This document shows, in pieces, positions 36,180 to 48,998 of a DNA stretch of 64,000 nucleotides. Under the pieces are notes generated by a model. It had not been told where the DNA came from. It did no database searches and saw only the letters and a list, made by a program, of their open reading frames with translations. Position 1 is the stretch's first letter; every line of letters begins with the position of its first letter. The DNA comes from Macrostomum lignano (taxonomy: Eukaryota), in contig NIVC01000064.1 of NCBI GenBank assembly GCA_002269645.1, positions 372,001 to 436,000 on the forward strand. Direction: 5' to 3'. The translations under genes were made by a program, and so were the position numbers.

Positions 36180-36662
36180 CTACCTCCGCGACATCAACAA
36201 GGCGGAGGGCTCCAACTGATCGGAATCGTCGTTAAAATCAGTTGTCGCGGAAGCAGCCGCCGTCGCCGCACTCTCGACTTCGTGCACCTCTGCGGTGAGC
36301 ATTTTGCACTGCCTGGAGAAGGCCGTAAACAGTTCCAGTTCGCGTTGGGACGGCGAGGAGTTTAGCGCCACCCGGCCGAAACACAGCAGGATGTGCACCA
36401 GTAGAAGTCCGCTAGCGCTGCACAGACTGTAGATCCCGATGTCAGCAGCTGATTGCAGGCCGGCATTCTCTGCCGGGAACAGGCCGTGGAACAGCCACAG
36501 ATAGAAGCCGGTTGCGTATAGAAGGCAGGTGACGAAGGTCAAGCTGATTGACAAACCGTCGCAGATGCTGCAGTGGGTGACGGTCAAGTTAGGCACGCTG
36601 GCGTCTGGGCGAGGCCTGCTATCATTAACAGTTGTCGTTGCTGCGGAGGCTCTACCGGACAC
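36180..36662 (-). CDS. Putative orphan membrane protein with two hydrophobic segments; start uncertain
   Basis: Non-repetitive, GC-balanced ORF in AT-rich surroundings; the frame stays open upstream to about 36860; two TM-like stretches (LSISLTFVTCLLYATGFYLWLF, IGIYSLCSASGLLLVHILLCF). No family recognised. Confidence 0.4.
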   Translation of the reverse strand: MSGRASAATTTVNDSRPRPDASVPNLTVTHCSICDGLSISLTFVTCLLYATGFYLWLFHGLFPAENAGLQSAADIGIYSLCSASGLLLVHILLCFGRVALNSSPSQRELELFTAFSRQCKMLTAEVHEVESAATAAASATTDFNDDSDQLEPSALLMSRR

Positions 36663-37440
36663 CGACGGCTGGCGTTGTTGAGTTGAATGCCGCGTTATAA
36701 ACGATTCCTGGCTGTGGTGTCCGACTTTATGCTGCCAGCTCTGCCGAAGCCAGCTGTGGCGCTGTCGCGAACGTGCTGGAATTCGCTTTTGTAGAGATGC
36801 TTCACGATTCCCTGTCTGACTGACTGTCTTAAGTCGGACATTGTTTTGACGATTTTGAAAGTTGACGATAAAAAATTAAAAAGCGTTGCAATATGATAGG
36901 CAGATTTTAGCGTAGGCCGCCAAGCTAAAACTGCATAAATAAGCCGAGAAAATTCAAGGTTTGTCTATGGCGATGTAGTACATGCGTACTTATGTTTGAG
37001 TGCACACCAGCATAAATGACTGCAATTAATTTGTGAATAGAAACAAATTGACTCAATTCTTCGTTTTTCTAAAGCCGTTTTAATTTCTAAAGAATTCTTT
37101 TCCATCTTATTAACTGCTCCGGGTCTGTCCTCTCCACACTTACTCGGTAATTCTCTTCCCTATACTAACTGCCCTATCTATATGCATATACATGTAAGTA
37201 TACTACATGTAAATGTACATGTACAGTACATGCATTCTCCTCCCGGCCCTATCTCATTGATCTCTTCTTTCTTTCCCCTGATAGCTCGATCTCCCCGCTT
37301 CTTCCAATTATCTTCTCTCTTTTCTCCGCGGCGCCATTCAAGCTTAACAACCATATTAAGTTTAACATGTACATGTCGCCACCGGGAAGACAGTTAGCTA
37401 GCTAGGGCGGTAGGGGCGGACAATATGTACGTCACTTCAG

Positions 37441-37797
37441 AAAATCTGTGGGGGTCGTGCCAATGCTACCGACCCGTTATGGAAATCAAGAATTTTGCTT
37501 CAGGGCGACAAAATATACATATATACAGTATATTATATACATGTACTGTATAAGCGCCTGCGGAACTACATTAAAATGCATAATTAAGTGCCTGCTGCTG
37601 CGCAAAAATGAGTGCCTGGATGCGGCGCAAAAATGATCGAGTGCCTGTGGTGCTAAAATGAGCGCTGACAACACCGTACCGATTCTGAAAATACATGTAG
37701 GAAATAGTCAATGTCACGTTGTACATGCATGTACATGCATGCATGTAGAATTCTTTGTCCTTTCGTCCCCCCACCATAAAATCGATGGCGACGCCCC
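37441..37797. mobile_element. Second, degenerate copy of the hAT-like MITE at 3720-4663
   Basis: Shares GACCCGTTATGGAAATCAA (37471 vs 3826), the CCGATTCTGAAAATA segment and the right-end CCATAAAATC-ATGGCGACGCCCC. It holds only about 4 decayed units of the 21-mer, and the left TIR is not recognisable. Confidence 0.75.
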
Positions 37798-38068
37798 AGA
37801 GTGTACCACATGCACATGTACAGCAGGTGCATACCTTGTTCACTGTATTTGTGAATGTACATGTTCCTACATGTTCATATTTGTGTGCATGTACAACATA
37901 TACAGTGTACATGAGTAAATGTAATATAATATTGATTTATAGTACGTGCAGTATGAAATGGTGACGAAAATGATAATTATTCCAAAACGAAAAAATGCAT
38001 CTCTTCTTTGAAGCAATCTTTTCATTGTATCACGCTGGCGCGCGTTAGATGCACGATTTACTGTGCGT

Positions 38069-38797
38069 CTAATGTAGGTGTCTATGGCAATTTTCTATCT
38101 GAGTAAAGGCAACAAGCGTGCGTCTAACGCGTGCGTGTAATGCACGGAAAGTGAGTAGCACCTCTGGAGATTTCCGATCGAAGTAGTCAGACAGCCTCTT
38201 CAGATCAACAGGCTCGATCGATTGGAAGTGTCGGGCGCGTCCGCCTCGGGCAATGAAGATTCTGCCCATTGACTTCAGTGTCGTATTGGAAGCATAGAAT
38301 GCGTCGTCAGTTAGAATATTGATTCGCCTTGTCGACATGAAATGCCGGTAGAGCGCAGCTCGGATACAAATCAACGTGGCTGGAGCAAAGTATTCGCCAT
38401 TCCTCTTGCGAAGTGAGCCATAGAAGTATCGCAATAGACTGTCGATCTCGCGCGGTGTAGAAGTCGCCAAATCACGCTGAACTGACGGATGGTTCTCCAT
38501 GAAGCTCTGCAACTTACCGACATAATATTCGGTAGCCTTTGTCACACTTTTACTAGCAGCGGTGTCCTCGATTTCGGAAACGAGCTGTTCCAATTCAAGT
38601 AGTTCAGCTTCTTCGTCAGGTATCTTCTTGAAAAGTGCCTCCAGAAGATCCTCCTCTTCTCGATCAATTGCCGACTCCGGTAGATTATCAGGCTCGTTCA
38701 GAATGTCGTCAATCTCATTGGTGGACAAGCCGGAAATCATTTCGTTTGGAAATTTGCTCAGATTCAGAAGTCTGACTTTAGTTGGTGGCTCAGCCAT
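38069..38797 (-). mobile_element. Crypton-type (DUF3504/KCTD1-ZMYM-QRICH1-like) tyrosine-recombinase ORF, truncated before the catalytic core
   Basis: IDSLLRYFYGSLRKRNGEYFAPATLICIRAALYRHF...INILTDDAFYASNTTL...IEPVDLKRLSDYFDRKSPEVL follows the Crypton N-terminal pattern. Similarity stops at about 38155, before the expected RGRE catalytic arginine motif. Confidence 0.72.
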
Positions 38798-38964
38798 ATT
38801 CTCTCACAAGTGATTTTAATTTAACAGCTTCTTATTCCCTTCTTCGCAACACTCAATCAACTTGTGTGCCTTTCACGCATTTTTGTCTATGGTTAAGACA
38901 AATTAACTGAGCGTGCATCTAACGCGCCATCTAAAGTATTAAGCCAACGTAATACAATGCAACT

Positions 38965-39076
38965 CATACATCGATTTTTTGTGCTTAAATGGTCTATGCA
39001 CGAGTGCGCGCCGCGCCGCGGAGTGCGCGCCGCGCAGTCGTGCATAGACCATTTAAGCACGCAAAATCGATGTATG
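38965..39076. repeat. Large hairpin: 39-bp inverted arms (2 mismatches) around a 34-nt GC-rich loop
   Basis: Arms 38965-39003 and 39038-39076; the loop contains GAGTGCGCGCCGCGC twice. Confidence 0.9.
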
Positions 39077-39566
39077 AATCCTACATTCGTGGGTTTGTTT
39101 TTAGCACAGAAAAAAGCACTTTAATCTATTTCTATGGAACAAAACTAAACTGCATGATCGCCCGGCCACGCCCGTAAGAGAGACCATTGATCAACCATTT
39201 AAGCGCGCACTGATCAAAGATATACGATTCTAAATACATTTAACAATCTATTGATCCAATATCCTTTAAATGCACGTAATTCAAGGACTCGCACATAAAG
39301 CTGTTGGAATGCAGGAATTGCCTCAGTCGAGTATCAGTTCCCTTTCCTTCAGAGATCCCAGTTCCTGAAGTATTTATAGCTGCCTTTCAGAACTCCCGGT
39401 CAAGTCCCTTTCCTTTGAGATAATTTCCTGTCGAGTATTCATTTACTTTTATTTAAAAAACTAAAATATTGCGACAAAAACTCAAAGAAGCTGTGATGCA
39501 AATTTACGGATTTTTAACCTAATTTTGTTAGTTACGATTGTCGTTATTTGACTTAGTCATTTGAAA

Positions 39567-39630
39567 AGAAGTTTCTAGAATTTTCTTTTCTAGATTTTTC
39601 GCCGGCCCACCTTCACTGCATTTATATATA
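39567..39630 (+). promoter_or_regulatory. Heat-shock element and TATA box of Hsc70-A
   Basis: GAAgtTTCtaGAAttTTC (39568-39585) is four alternating nGAAn units; TATATATA lies at 39623-39630, about 150 bp before the ATG. Confidence 0.85.
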
Positions 39631-39780
39631 GTGCGCTCCGAGCGTCTGATGTGTATTTATCTGTATTTTTCTGTAGCAAGCACCTCCTAAAGCATATTCT
39701 TGCAGTTAGAATCGAAATTTTACTTTTCTAATTTCAAGTCTGTAACGCAACATTTTTGATTATTGACTTAATCGTGCATC

Positions 39781-42729
39781 ATGGCAAAGGCTCCCGCTAT
39801 TGGCATTGATCTCGGCACTACCTACTCCTGCGTCGGTGTCTTTCAGCATGGCAAAGTGGAAATCATTGCCAACGACCAAGGAAATCGCACAACGCCGAGC
39901 TATGTTGCATTTACTGACACAGAACGTCTTATTGGCGATTCTGCAAAAAATCAAGTCGCATTAAACCCATCAAACACAGTCTTTGGTAAGCAGTTTAATA
40001 TTGTCTGTGATTAGGCCTACTGATTAATCTTAACTTTTTTCAGTAGAGATAATTAAAGTTTAACCAGGCTATTTCTAGAACTACATCTATATAAGTTAAT
40101 TGTAATATAACTATCTTTATAAACCTAATTTTATTAAGTAGGCCTATTTAATTTACTAGGTCTAACCTATTGTAGTAATGTATTGAATAAAATTCATAAA
40201 GCATACCTTATCAGGCTATTGTATGCCTTAAACTTAAAGTCTTAACTTTAATGCCCATATAACAATAGACCCAACTTAATAAATTATATTCTATTTTAAA
40301 TTATTTTTTAATTTTTTATTAAAAATCAATAGAATGTCTAACTGCAAAAATTATAATAAAGCTAGGGGCCTATTTTAATTTTTCCTCAACTTTTTTTTTG
40401 TAGTGATCAAAATTATATGGTTACATTATATAAAAACAATAATATTGATCCATTTTCTTTTTTGTCATTTCACATTTTTAATGCATATTTCATATTTCTT
40501 TTTCCTAATTCACAGATGCCAAGCGACTCATTGGGCGCAAGTTTGATGATTCTGTAGTACAACAAGACATGAAGCATTGGCCTTTCACTGTCATCAATGA
40601 TGCTGGCAGGCCTAAGATTCAAGTTGAGTACAAAGGTGAAACTAAGACCTTCTTTGCTGAGGAGATTTCTTCCATGGTCTTGACAAAGATGAAGGAGACT
40701 GCAGAGGCATACCTGGGAAAGACCGTCACTGATGCTGTTGTCACTGTGCCTGCCTACTTCAATGATAGTCAGCGTCAAGCCACCAAGGATGCTGGTGCCA
40801 TTGCTGGCCTAAATGTGCTGCGCATCATCAACGAGCCCACAGCTGCTGCCATTGCATATGGTCTAGACAAGAAGAGTGGCCACGAGAGGAATGTGCTCAT
40901 CTTTGACCTGGGTGGTGGCACCTTCGATGTGTCCATCCTGACAATCGAGGAGGGAATCTTCGAGGTGAAGTCGACTGCTGGAGACACCCATCTGGGCGGT
41001 GAGGACTTTGACAACAGGATGGTGAACCATTTCATCCAGGAGTTCAAGCGCAAGTACAAGAAGGACATGAGTGACAACAAGCGCGCTGTGAGGCGTCTGC
41101 GCACTGCCTGCGAGAGGGCCAAGCGAACTCTGAGCAGCGCCGCCCAGGCCAACATCGAGATTGACAGCCTATACGAGGGTATCGACTTCTACACGAGCAT
41201 CACCAGGGCTCGCTTCGAGGAGCTCAACGCCGACCTGTTCCGCGGCACCCTCGAGCCAGTCGAGAAGTCGCTGCGTGACGCCAAGCTCGACAAGGCGTCC
41301 ATCAACGAGATTGTGCTGGTGGGCGGCTCGACTCGAATCCCGAAGATCCAGAAGCTGCTGCAGGTGAGCAACTTGAAGTTCTTCAAGTTCTTTCTTAAAC
41401 TTCCTAAAAATTAAAGCTTGAGTAGTTAATTTAGCTGTTCTGCGAACTCAGATGATGATATTCTGTAAGGTATTCGCGGTTTCGACAGACGGACCTGCAG
41501 TGGGTTCTCTGATGCCCAAGACCTTCCTTAGTCTGATGCTGAGATTCGCACCTGCAGTAGGATTACTTATTTGCTTATTGTTAGTGTAGGCTAAAGCACT
41601 GGCCAGCCAGAGCTCTCTCAGATGATGATATTCTGTAAGGTATTCGCGGTTTCGACAGACGGACCTGCAGTGGGTTCTCTGATGCCCAAGACCTTCCTTA
41701 GTCTGATGCTGAGGCTGGCCCATCGGGGAGCTCAGAACAAAGCAAAGCAGTCCATCTGTAATCCCCATCGCCATCCCCACCCGACCCGCCATCTCGCAGG
41801 ACTTCTTCAGCGGCAAGGAGCTCAACAAGTCGATCAACCCGGACGAGGCCGTCGCCTACGGCGCCGCCGTCCAGGCCGCCATTCTGCACGGCGACAAGTC
41901 CGAGGCGGTGCAGGACCTCCTGCTGCTGGACGTGACGCCACTGTCCCTCGGCATCGAGACCGCTGGCGGCGTGATGACGGCCCTCATCAAGCGGAACACC
42001 ACCATCCCCACCAAGCAGACGCAGACGTTCACCACCTACTCGGACAACCAGCCTGGCGTTCTAATCCAGGTGTACGAAGGCGAGCGCGCCATGACCAAGG
42101 ACAACAACCTGCTGGGCAAGTTCGAGCTGTCCGGCATCCCGCCGGCTCCGCGCGGAGTCCCCCAGATCGAGGTGACCTTCGACATCGACTCCAACGGCAT
42201 TCTCAACGTGTCCGCCGTGGAGAAGAGCACCAACAAGGAGAACAAGATCACCATCACCAACGACAAGGGCCGTCTCAGCAAGGAGGACATCGAGCGGATG
42301 GTCAACGAGGCCGAGCGCTACAAGGCCGAGGACGACAAGCAGAAGGAGCGCGTCTCGGCCAAGAACTCGCTCGAGAGCTACGCCTTCTCCATGCGCCAGA
42401 CTGTCGAGGACGAGAAGCTCAAGGACAAGATCTCCGAGGACGACAAGAAGACCATCCTGGACAAGTGCAACGACGTCATCAAGTGGCTCGACGCCAACCA
42501 GACCGCCGAGAAGGACGAATACGACCATCAGCAGAAGGAGCTCGAGAAGGTGTGCAACCCCATCATCACCAAGCTGTACCAGGCCGCTGGCGGAGCCGGT
42601 GGAATGCCCGGTAGCATGCCTGGCGGCTTCCCCGGTGGCGCTCCTGGTGCTGGCGCTGCTGGCGGCCAGAGCGGCGGCGGCGGTGGCAGCGGTGGCGGCT
42701 CCGGCCCCACCATCGAGGAGGTCGACTAA
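39781..42729 (+). CDS. HSPA8 (hsc70): Cytosolic Hsc70 copy A, 660 aa; exons 39781-39985, 40516-41363, 41800-42729
   Basis: [24 protein letters not shown] and [14 protein letters not shown] signatures, GGMP-like repeats and C-terminal GPTIEEVD; exons of 205+848+930 nt with GT-AG introns in phase. Confidence 0.98.
41452..41536 (+). ncRNA. U14 (SNORD14): U14 box C/D snoRNA, copy 1 (Hsc70-A intron 2)
   Basis: Box C ATGATGA, domain A ATTCGCGGTTTC (antisense to 18S GAAACCGCGAAT), domain B CCTTCCTTAG, box D CTGA, and flanking stem GCGAACTCAG/CTGAGATTCGC. U14 is known to be hosted in hsc70 introns. Confidence 0.9.
41622..41706 (+). ncRNA. U14 (SNORD14): U14 box C/D snoRNA, copy 2 (Hsc70-A intron 2)
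   Basis: 85-nt body identical to copy 1, offset by 170 nt, with its own external stem GGCCAGC/GCTGGCC. Confidence 0.9.
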
Positions 42730-43679
42730 AAATAGTGTGAAATCTGACTGGAACATCAATTATCAGTGAAGAGTTCTGTTTGTCAGCTTTGACCCTGGCT
42801 TGTACCTGGATTATAATACTTCCCCGAGCTGAAACATTCGCTACATGCGACTTGTCTAATTAATGATCATAAATGACGGTGTACTTTTATTGCTGCTACT
42901 CCATCTCCTTGTTCGCCATCACATCCCAGTCTTGTTGATGTCAGAATTTTTGTTCTGAGGAGGATTAATAATTCAATAATCAACAAGTTTTCTAATATTA
43001 ATAACTAATAGTACCAATAATAATAATATAATCTGTTATTTTCGTCATCAAACGTAAGATTTCCTCCCACTATGTCATATAGTCTCACTTCTGTCGATTA
43101 TTAAAACCGCTGTGTGTCATTTTTGGCTTCAGTAGTGAGGTTTTTTGTCAGCCTTGTTTTTCTTTCAGCCCTTTTGACTCAAACCAATTGTTTTTTTGTC
43201 CGGGGTTGCATCGCCTTGACCTGCTCCAGTTTTCTACAAACAATTACTTAGCATACCGCATAAGTAAGCATTTCGTCTTCATTTTAAACCGAAAAAATAT
43301 ACAGTTTGGTTCATTTATTTCCAGGCGTTCTCGCGGCGCTAGGCCTATGCTTTTCTAGGCCTTATATTCGGTTTTTCAATTATTCAGTTTCAAAAATATC
43401 TTCGGTTTTGGATTATTTTTACTTGGTTAAAGAACGTCGACTGGTTCAGTATGTGGTACAGTATTTATTACTGTATTACCGACTCATACATGCGCAACCT
43501 TGGGAATCACTATGCCGTTTCTATTGGCAACACATGCAAGTCGCTATTGGCTGAGAGCAGTCACGTGACTACCGCATGATTACCGTACACTTCAATCCTT
43601 TCCCTTAAAAGACTGCCCAATACTAACATTTTCTATGGTATATTTCCAATTACTATTGAAAATACTACCAAATAGTACT

Positions 43680-44190
43680 TCTGAAAATACTCAAATGGGA
43701 AATCCCCTGTGGGAAATACTCAAATGAGGAATCCCCTGTGGGAAATACTCAAATGAAGAATCCCTTGTGGGAAATACTCAAGTGAGGAATCCCCTTTGGG
43801 AAATACTCAAATCGGGAATCTTCTGTGGGAAATACTGAAATCGGGAATTTCCTGCCTAGTGGGAAATACTGAAATTGAGAATTTCTTGCCTAGTGGGAAA
43901 TACAGAAATTTAGAATTTCTTGCCTAGTGGGAAATACTGAAATTGAGAATTTCTTGCCTAGTGGGAAATACTGAAATTGAGAATTTCTTGCCTAGTGGGA
44001 AATACTGAAATTGAGAATTTCTTGCCTAGTGGGAAATACTGAAATTGGGAATTACCTGCCTAGTGGGAAATACTGAAATTGGGAATTACCTGCCTAGTGG
44101 GAAATACTGAAATTGAGAATTTCTTGCCTAGTGGGAAATACTGAAATTGAGAATTTCCTGGTGGGAAATAGTCAAATTGGGAATCTCCTG
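43680..44190. repeat. Minisatellite, 30-34 nt unit GGGAAATACTGAAATTGAGAATTTCTTGCCTAGT
   Basis: About 15 units downstream of Hsc70-A. Confidence 0.92.
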
Positions 44191-45816
44191 TGAGAGCTAC
44201 TTATAAATTTGAAATAGGAAATATTAATCATTGGCCTGGCAATCTTTTATGGGAAAAAGGATTTAATAGTGTACATGTACAGTAATAAATGGGAAAATGG
44301 GCAATTTATTCCCATATATTGGTCTGTCACTTGAAAAAACGTTTAAAAAAAGACAAGACCAATTTAACATGAAAAATCGATTAATGATTCGTTAGAGCAG
44401 CATGTGAGGCACAAAATAGTGTGATTAGAACTTTCTCTGACACTGTTAAGAGACCCAATCACTGTTTTAGTTTTGAAAATCGTGAAATTTCCTATCTCAG
44501 TAGCGTTTTCCGGTGAAACCTGCCTTAAAAACTATTTCTGAACGAAAAGTTTTATGAATATTGATAGTGCAATAAGAAAGGCACAGCATATCCAAAAGAT
44601 GAACACTGGATCTGCCTCCTATCAAAAGCAATAGCAATTTTTGTGCTGAAAAAATTAAAACCTACTTTCTCTGTAAGTGTATAATTTTCGGCGAAAAGTT
44701 GCCTTCAAAACTGCATTTACCATAGATATCGAGTATAGCGTCCTTCTTACTTAAATTGTCCTTGGTAATATTTAGTGTAGCTAGCAATCGATTTCAGTTA
44801 AGCTTCCTAATTTTGTAAAGCTACATGGAAATCCATTTAATCCTGTCTGTCTTTTCTTACATGTACATTTTGCAACCTTTGCACCGACTTAATTGGCGCA
44901 TATGTCATTTACAAGTACATCTACAGTGTACATTTAAATATACTTTATATGTACATGTATCTGCCGAGAGTTTACTTAACAGACCACGCAGACATGGACA
45001 GAGACAATTATAATGCATGCAAAGTACATGGACATGTACATGTATACGCTTCTATAGTGTTGCATTTAGCTTATCGAAGTAGCGATTACATTGTACTTAT
45101 GACTCTTAATATTGTTTGTGCAGTATTCCTCGGCACAGGAGACCACTTGAACTATTTAAAATTACCGGTGTCTGCATTTGGTACATGTACACACATTAGT
45201 TTAGAAAGCTCCATATAGCATTTTTATTATGGAGACCAACCATGGTTCTGAGAAACTATGGGAAATGGGCTTGACTTTTCATTAACTGCAACTTTACACG
45301 TTGCTTGCTCGTATCAATAAAGATGAATAAACTACGAAAATAAAGCAGTCTTAATGGACCTGTAGTTGTATGAATTAATGCATTAATGCGTAAGTTAGTA
45401 TCGCATATTTACTATGGGAGTACGAGCTACCTAGGAAAATATCAATTACGGGCTGCATGTACATTTTAGAGCCCGTGACGCAAAATCTCTAGTTCTATTA
45501 GACTTATTTCCAAAATGATGGACTTTAAATGTACGTTTTTTATCAAACATACTGTGTGTAGTACAAATATTTCCAGGAAATACCGATGTCTTTAGTGAAG
45601 TCGTCGTTCGTTTGTGGCTAAGCTGCTGTGAGTTAACGTAAGGACAGAAATATTTAACTTCCGCGCTAGGTTTCTCTGGTAATTTTCATTTCATGACAAC
45701 TAAAGGTAAAAAACAAATTAGTACATTGTAACTACCAGAATTAACTGATTTTTCAATAACCTGAGAAACTTTAGAAATAGTGTCTGGTAGTTTTTATAAA
45801 AGACAAGCTGTTAATA

Positions 45817-46129
45817 CCTGGAGGAAAGAATAGAATGGAGTGCTAATCTGAGCCAGTTATTTTTATCTCGCTCGATCTTAACTTTTAACATCCCTTTCCC
45901 CCCCCCCGTTCTTTCCTATTGGCTCGTGACTGCCATAGACAAAGTATTTTCGTCTCGTTTTCGCTTTCGTTCCCCTCTGATAGGTCTGTCCCAGCATAGT
46001 ATGAGCTCGCATCAAAATATGCTTTCAGCCCATGGAAGGAACGGGGGAAAGGGATGTTAAAAGCGAAAATCGAGCGAGATAAAAATAACTGGCTCAGATT
46101 AGCACTCCATTCTATTCTTTCCTCCATGG
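45817..46129. mobile_element. Foldback MITE, possibly piggyBac-like (TTAA-CC ends)
   Basis: Perfect 58-bp inverted arms at 45819-45876 and 46069-46126, continuing imperfectly inward for about 40 bp. TTAA at 46130-46133 abuts the right end; TTAA at 45811-45814 is 2 nt from the left end. Confidence 0.65.
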
Positions 46130-46369
46130 TTAAAACCCGCGGATTTTGAACCCGGGGAATTCCAATCCCCGAAACTATTTTTGCATATATTGAGATTAAA
46201 CTCAAACAAAAACTTTTATTAGTTGGGACAGAGTTAAACATAAAATAGAGTACATTAATTCGTTTAAAATTAGGATTTGAGGCAAACATTGATATTGTTG
46301 GCTGGAGTGCTGCGCAGAATGTCAGGAAAACACTGGCCTCTACCTCTGCCTCTCCCTATGTCCATTGCA

Positions 46370-47820
<1,451 letters not shown>

Positions 47821-48998
47821 TAACAGTCTATTCCTTTCCACTCGCATCTGGCCCACAGCCATGAGCTGGATTCTTTATCTGGCCTTTGAGGTTAAAGTCT
47901 GCCAATCCTTGCTTCGAAAGCCAGTTTGTGGGACGTAGTAGTCTCATGGTTGTTATCATTTCTCATGCTTTAATCACGTCATCTTTCTGGCCAATTAGCA
48001 GCCCTGAGAGGAGTTTGTGTATCTCCAGCTCCACCGCAGTTTGCAGCAGTCTAACAACCAAGGAAATATGCATTCTTGAGTAAAGGAGGCAATTTAAATT
48101 TTAAGGTACCTTTATGTGAAATTTAATGTTAAAATTTTCATGGTGTAACTAATTTAGTAGGATTTCATTGTAATCGGTTATTCATTAACTTTTCACTTAT
48201 TTTTACATACCATCCCGCATCGCCTTGATTTGCAGTGCCATCGGCATCCACTGTTAAACTGCTGCAGACTGTCTATACAGTGGTTTGAATGTCTCACTAA
48301 ACTGTAATAGCTAAACGTAGCCTCTTATAGCCTTCTCTGTGCCCCCACGCGTAAGTTATTCCAAAACATTGTACACTCGCTATGTACACTGAGCCCTTGA
48401 AGACGATTGATAAAAGTGGAGCGGCGCTATGGGGCATTTAGTGAAAAAATCGCACATTTTGAGCAGTTTTTTTGCACTTTTAGGTAGGAAAGACTCAAAT
48501 TTAGGAGGTTTAAGATAGGTAGATAGCCTATGACACTTTCCGTAGTGAATTTAGGGTGGTTGCAAAATTTGGTGTTAATTGGTTGAGCGGTTTGGGAGTC
48601 TATAGCGAAGTAATTTGTACACAGACACACAGAGTTTTGATTTTTTATATGTAGAGATTAACATGTTTACAATAAAAACAAAAACCAACAACTTAAATAA
48701 AATATTTTTGGTATGTAATAAGTTGACTTTTAAGTTCGAACTGGATAATTTTGTATTTTAGTATTAAGCTTACAGGCCAGATGGAAGAGGCAGAGTAAAA
48801 AAACTGCTGTAAATTGGCATATTTAAAAAAAAACCAGACACCTGCAAAGGTCGATCGCATCGATGAAATTCGATCTAACAGCCAGCATGGTAACTGACAC
48901 TCTGGCACACGCAACCACTCTACTCTTACTTATAAGGTTTAATTATTAAAAACGGACTGTCACAAAAGCCACCAAAGCAGCACTTTCGTTCAGAAACT

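Noticed and set aside
40470-42759. Antisense and alternative-frame ORFs over Hsc70-A, mirrored over Hsc70-B
   Set aside because: Expected by-products of strong GC3 bias in hsp70 genes; the 330-aa and 368-aa ORFs begin at snoRNA box C ATGs inside the intron.
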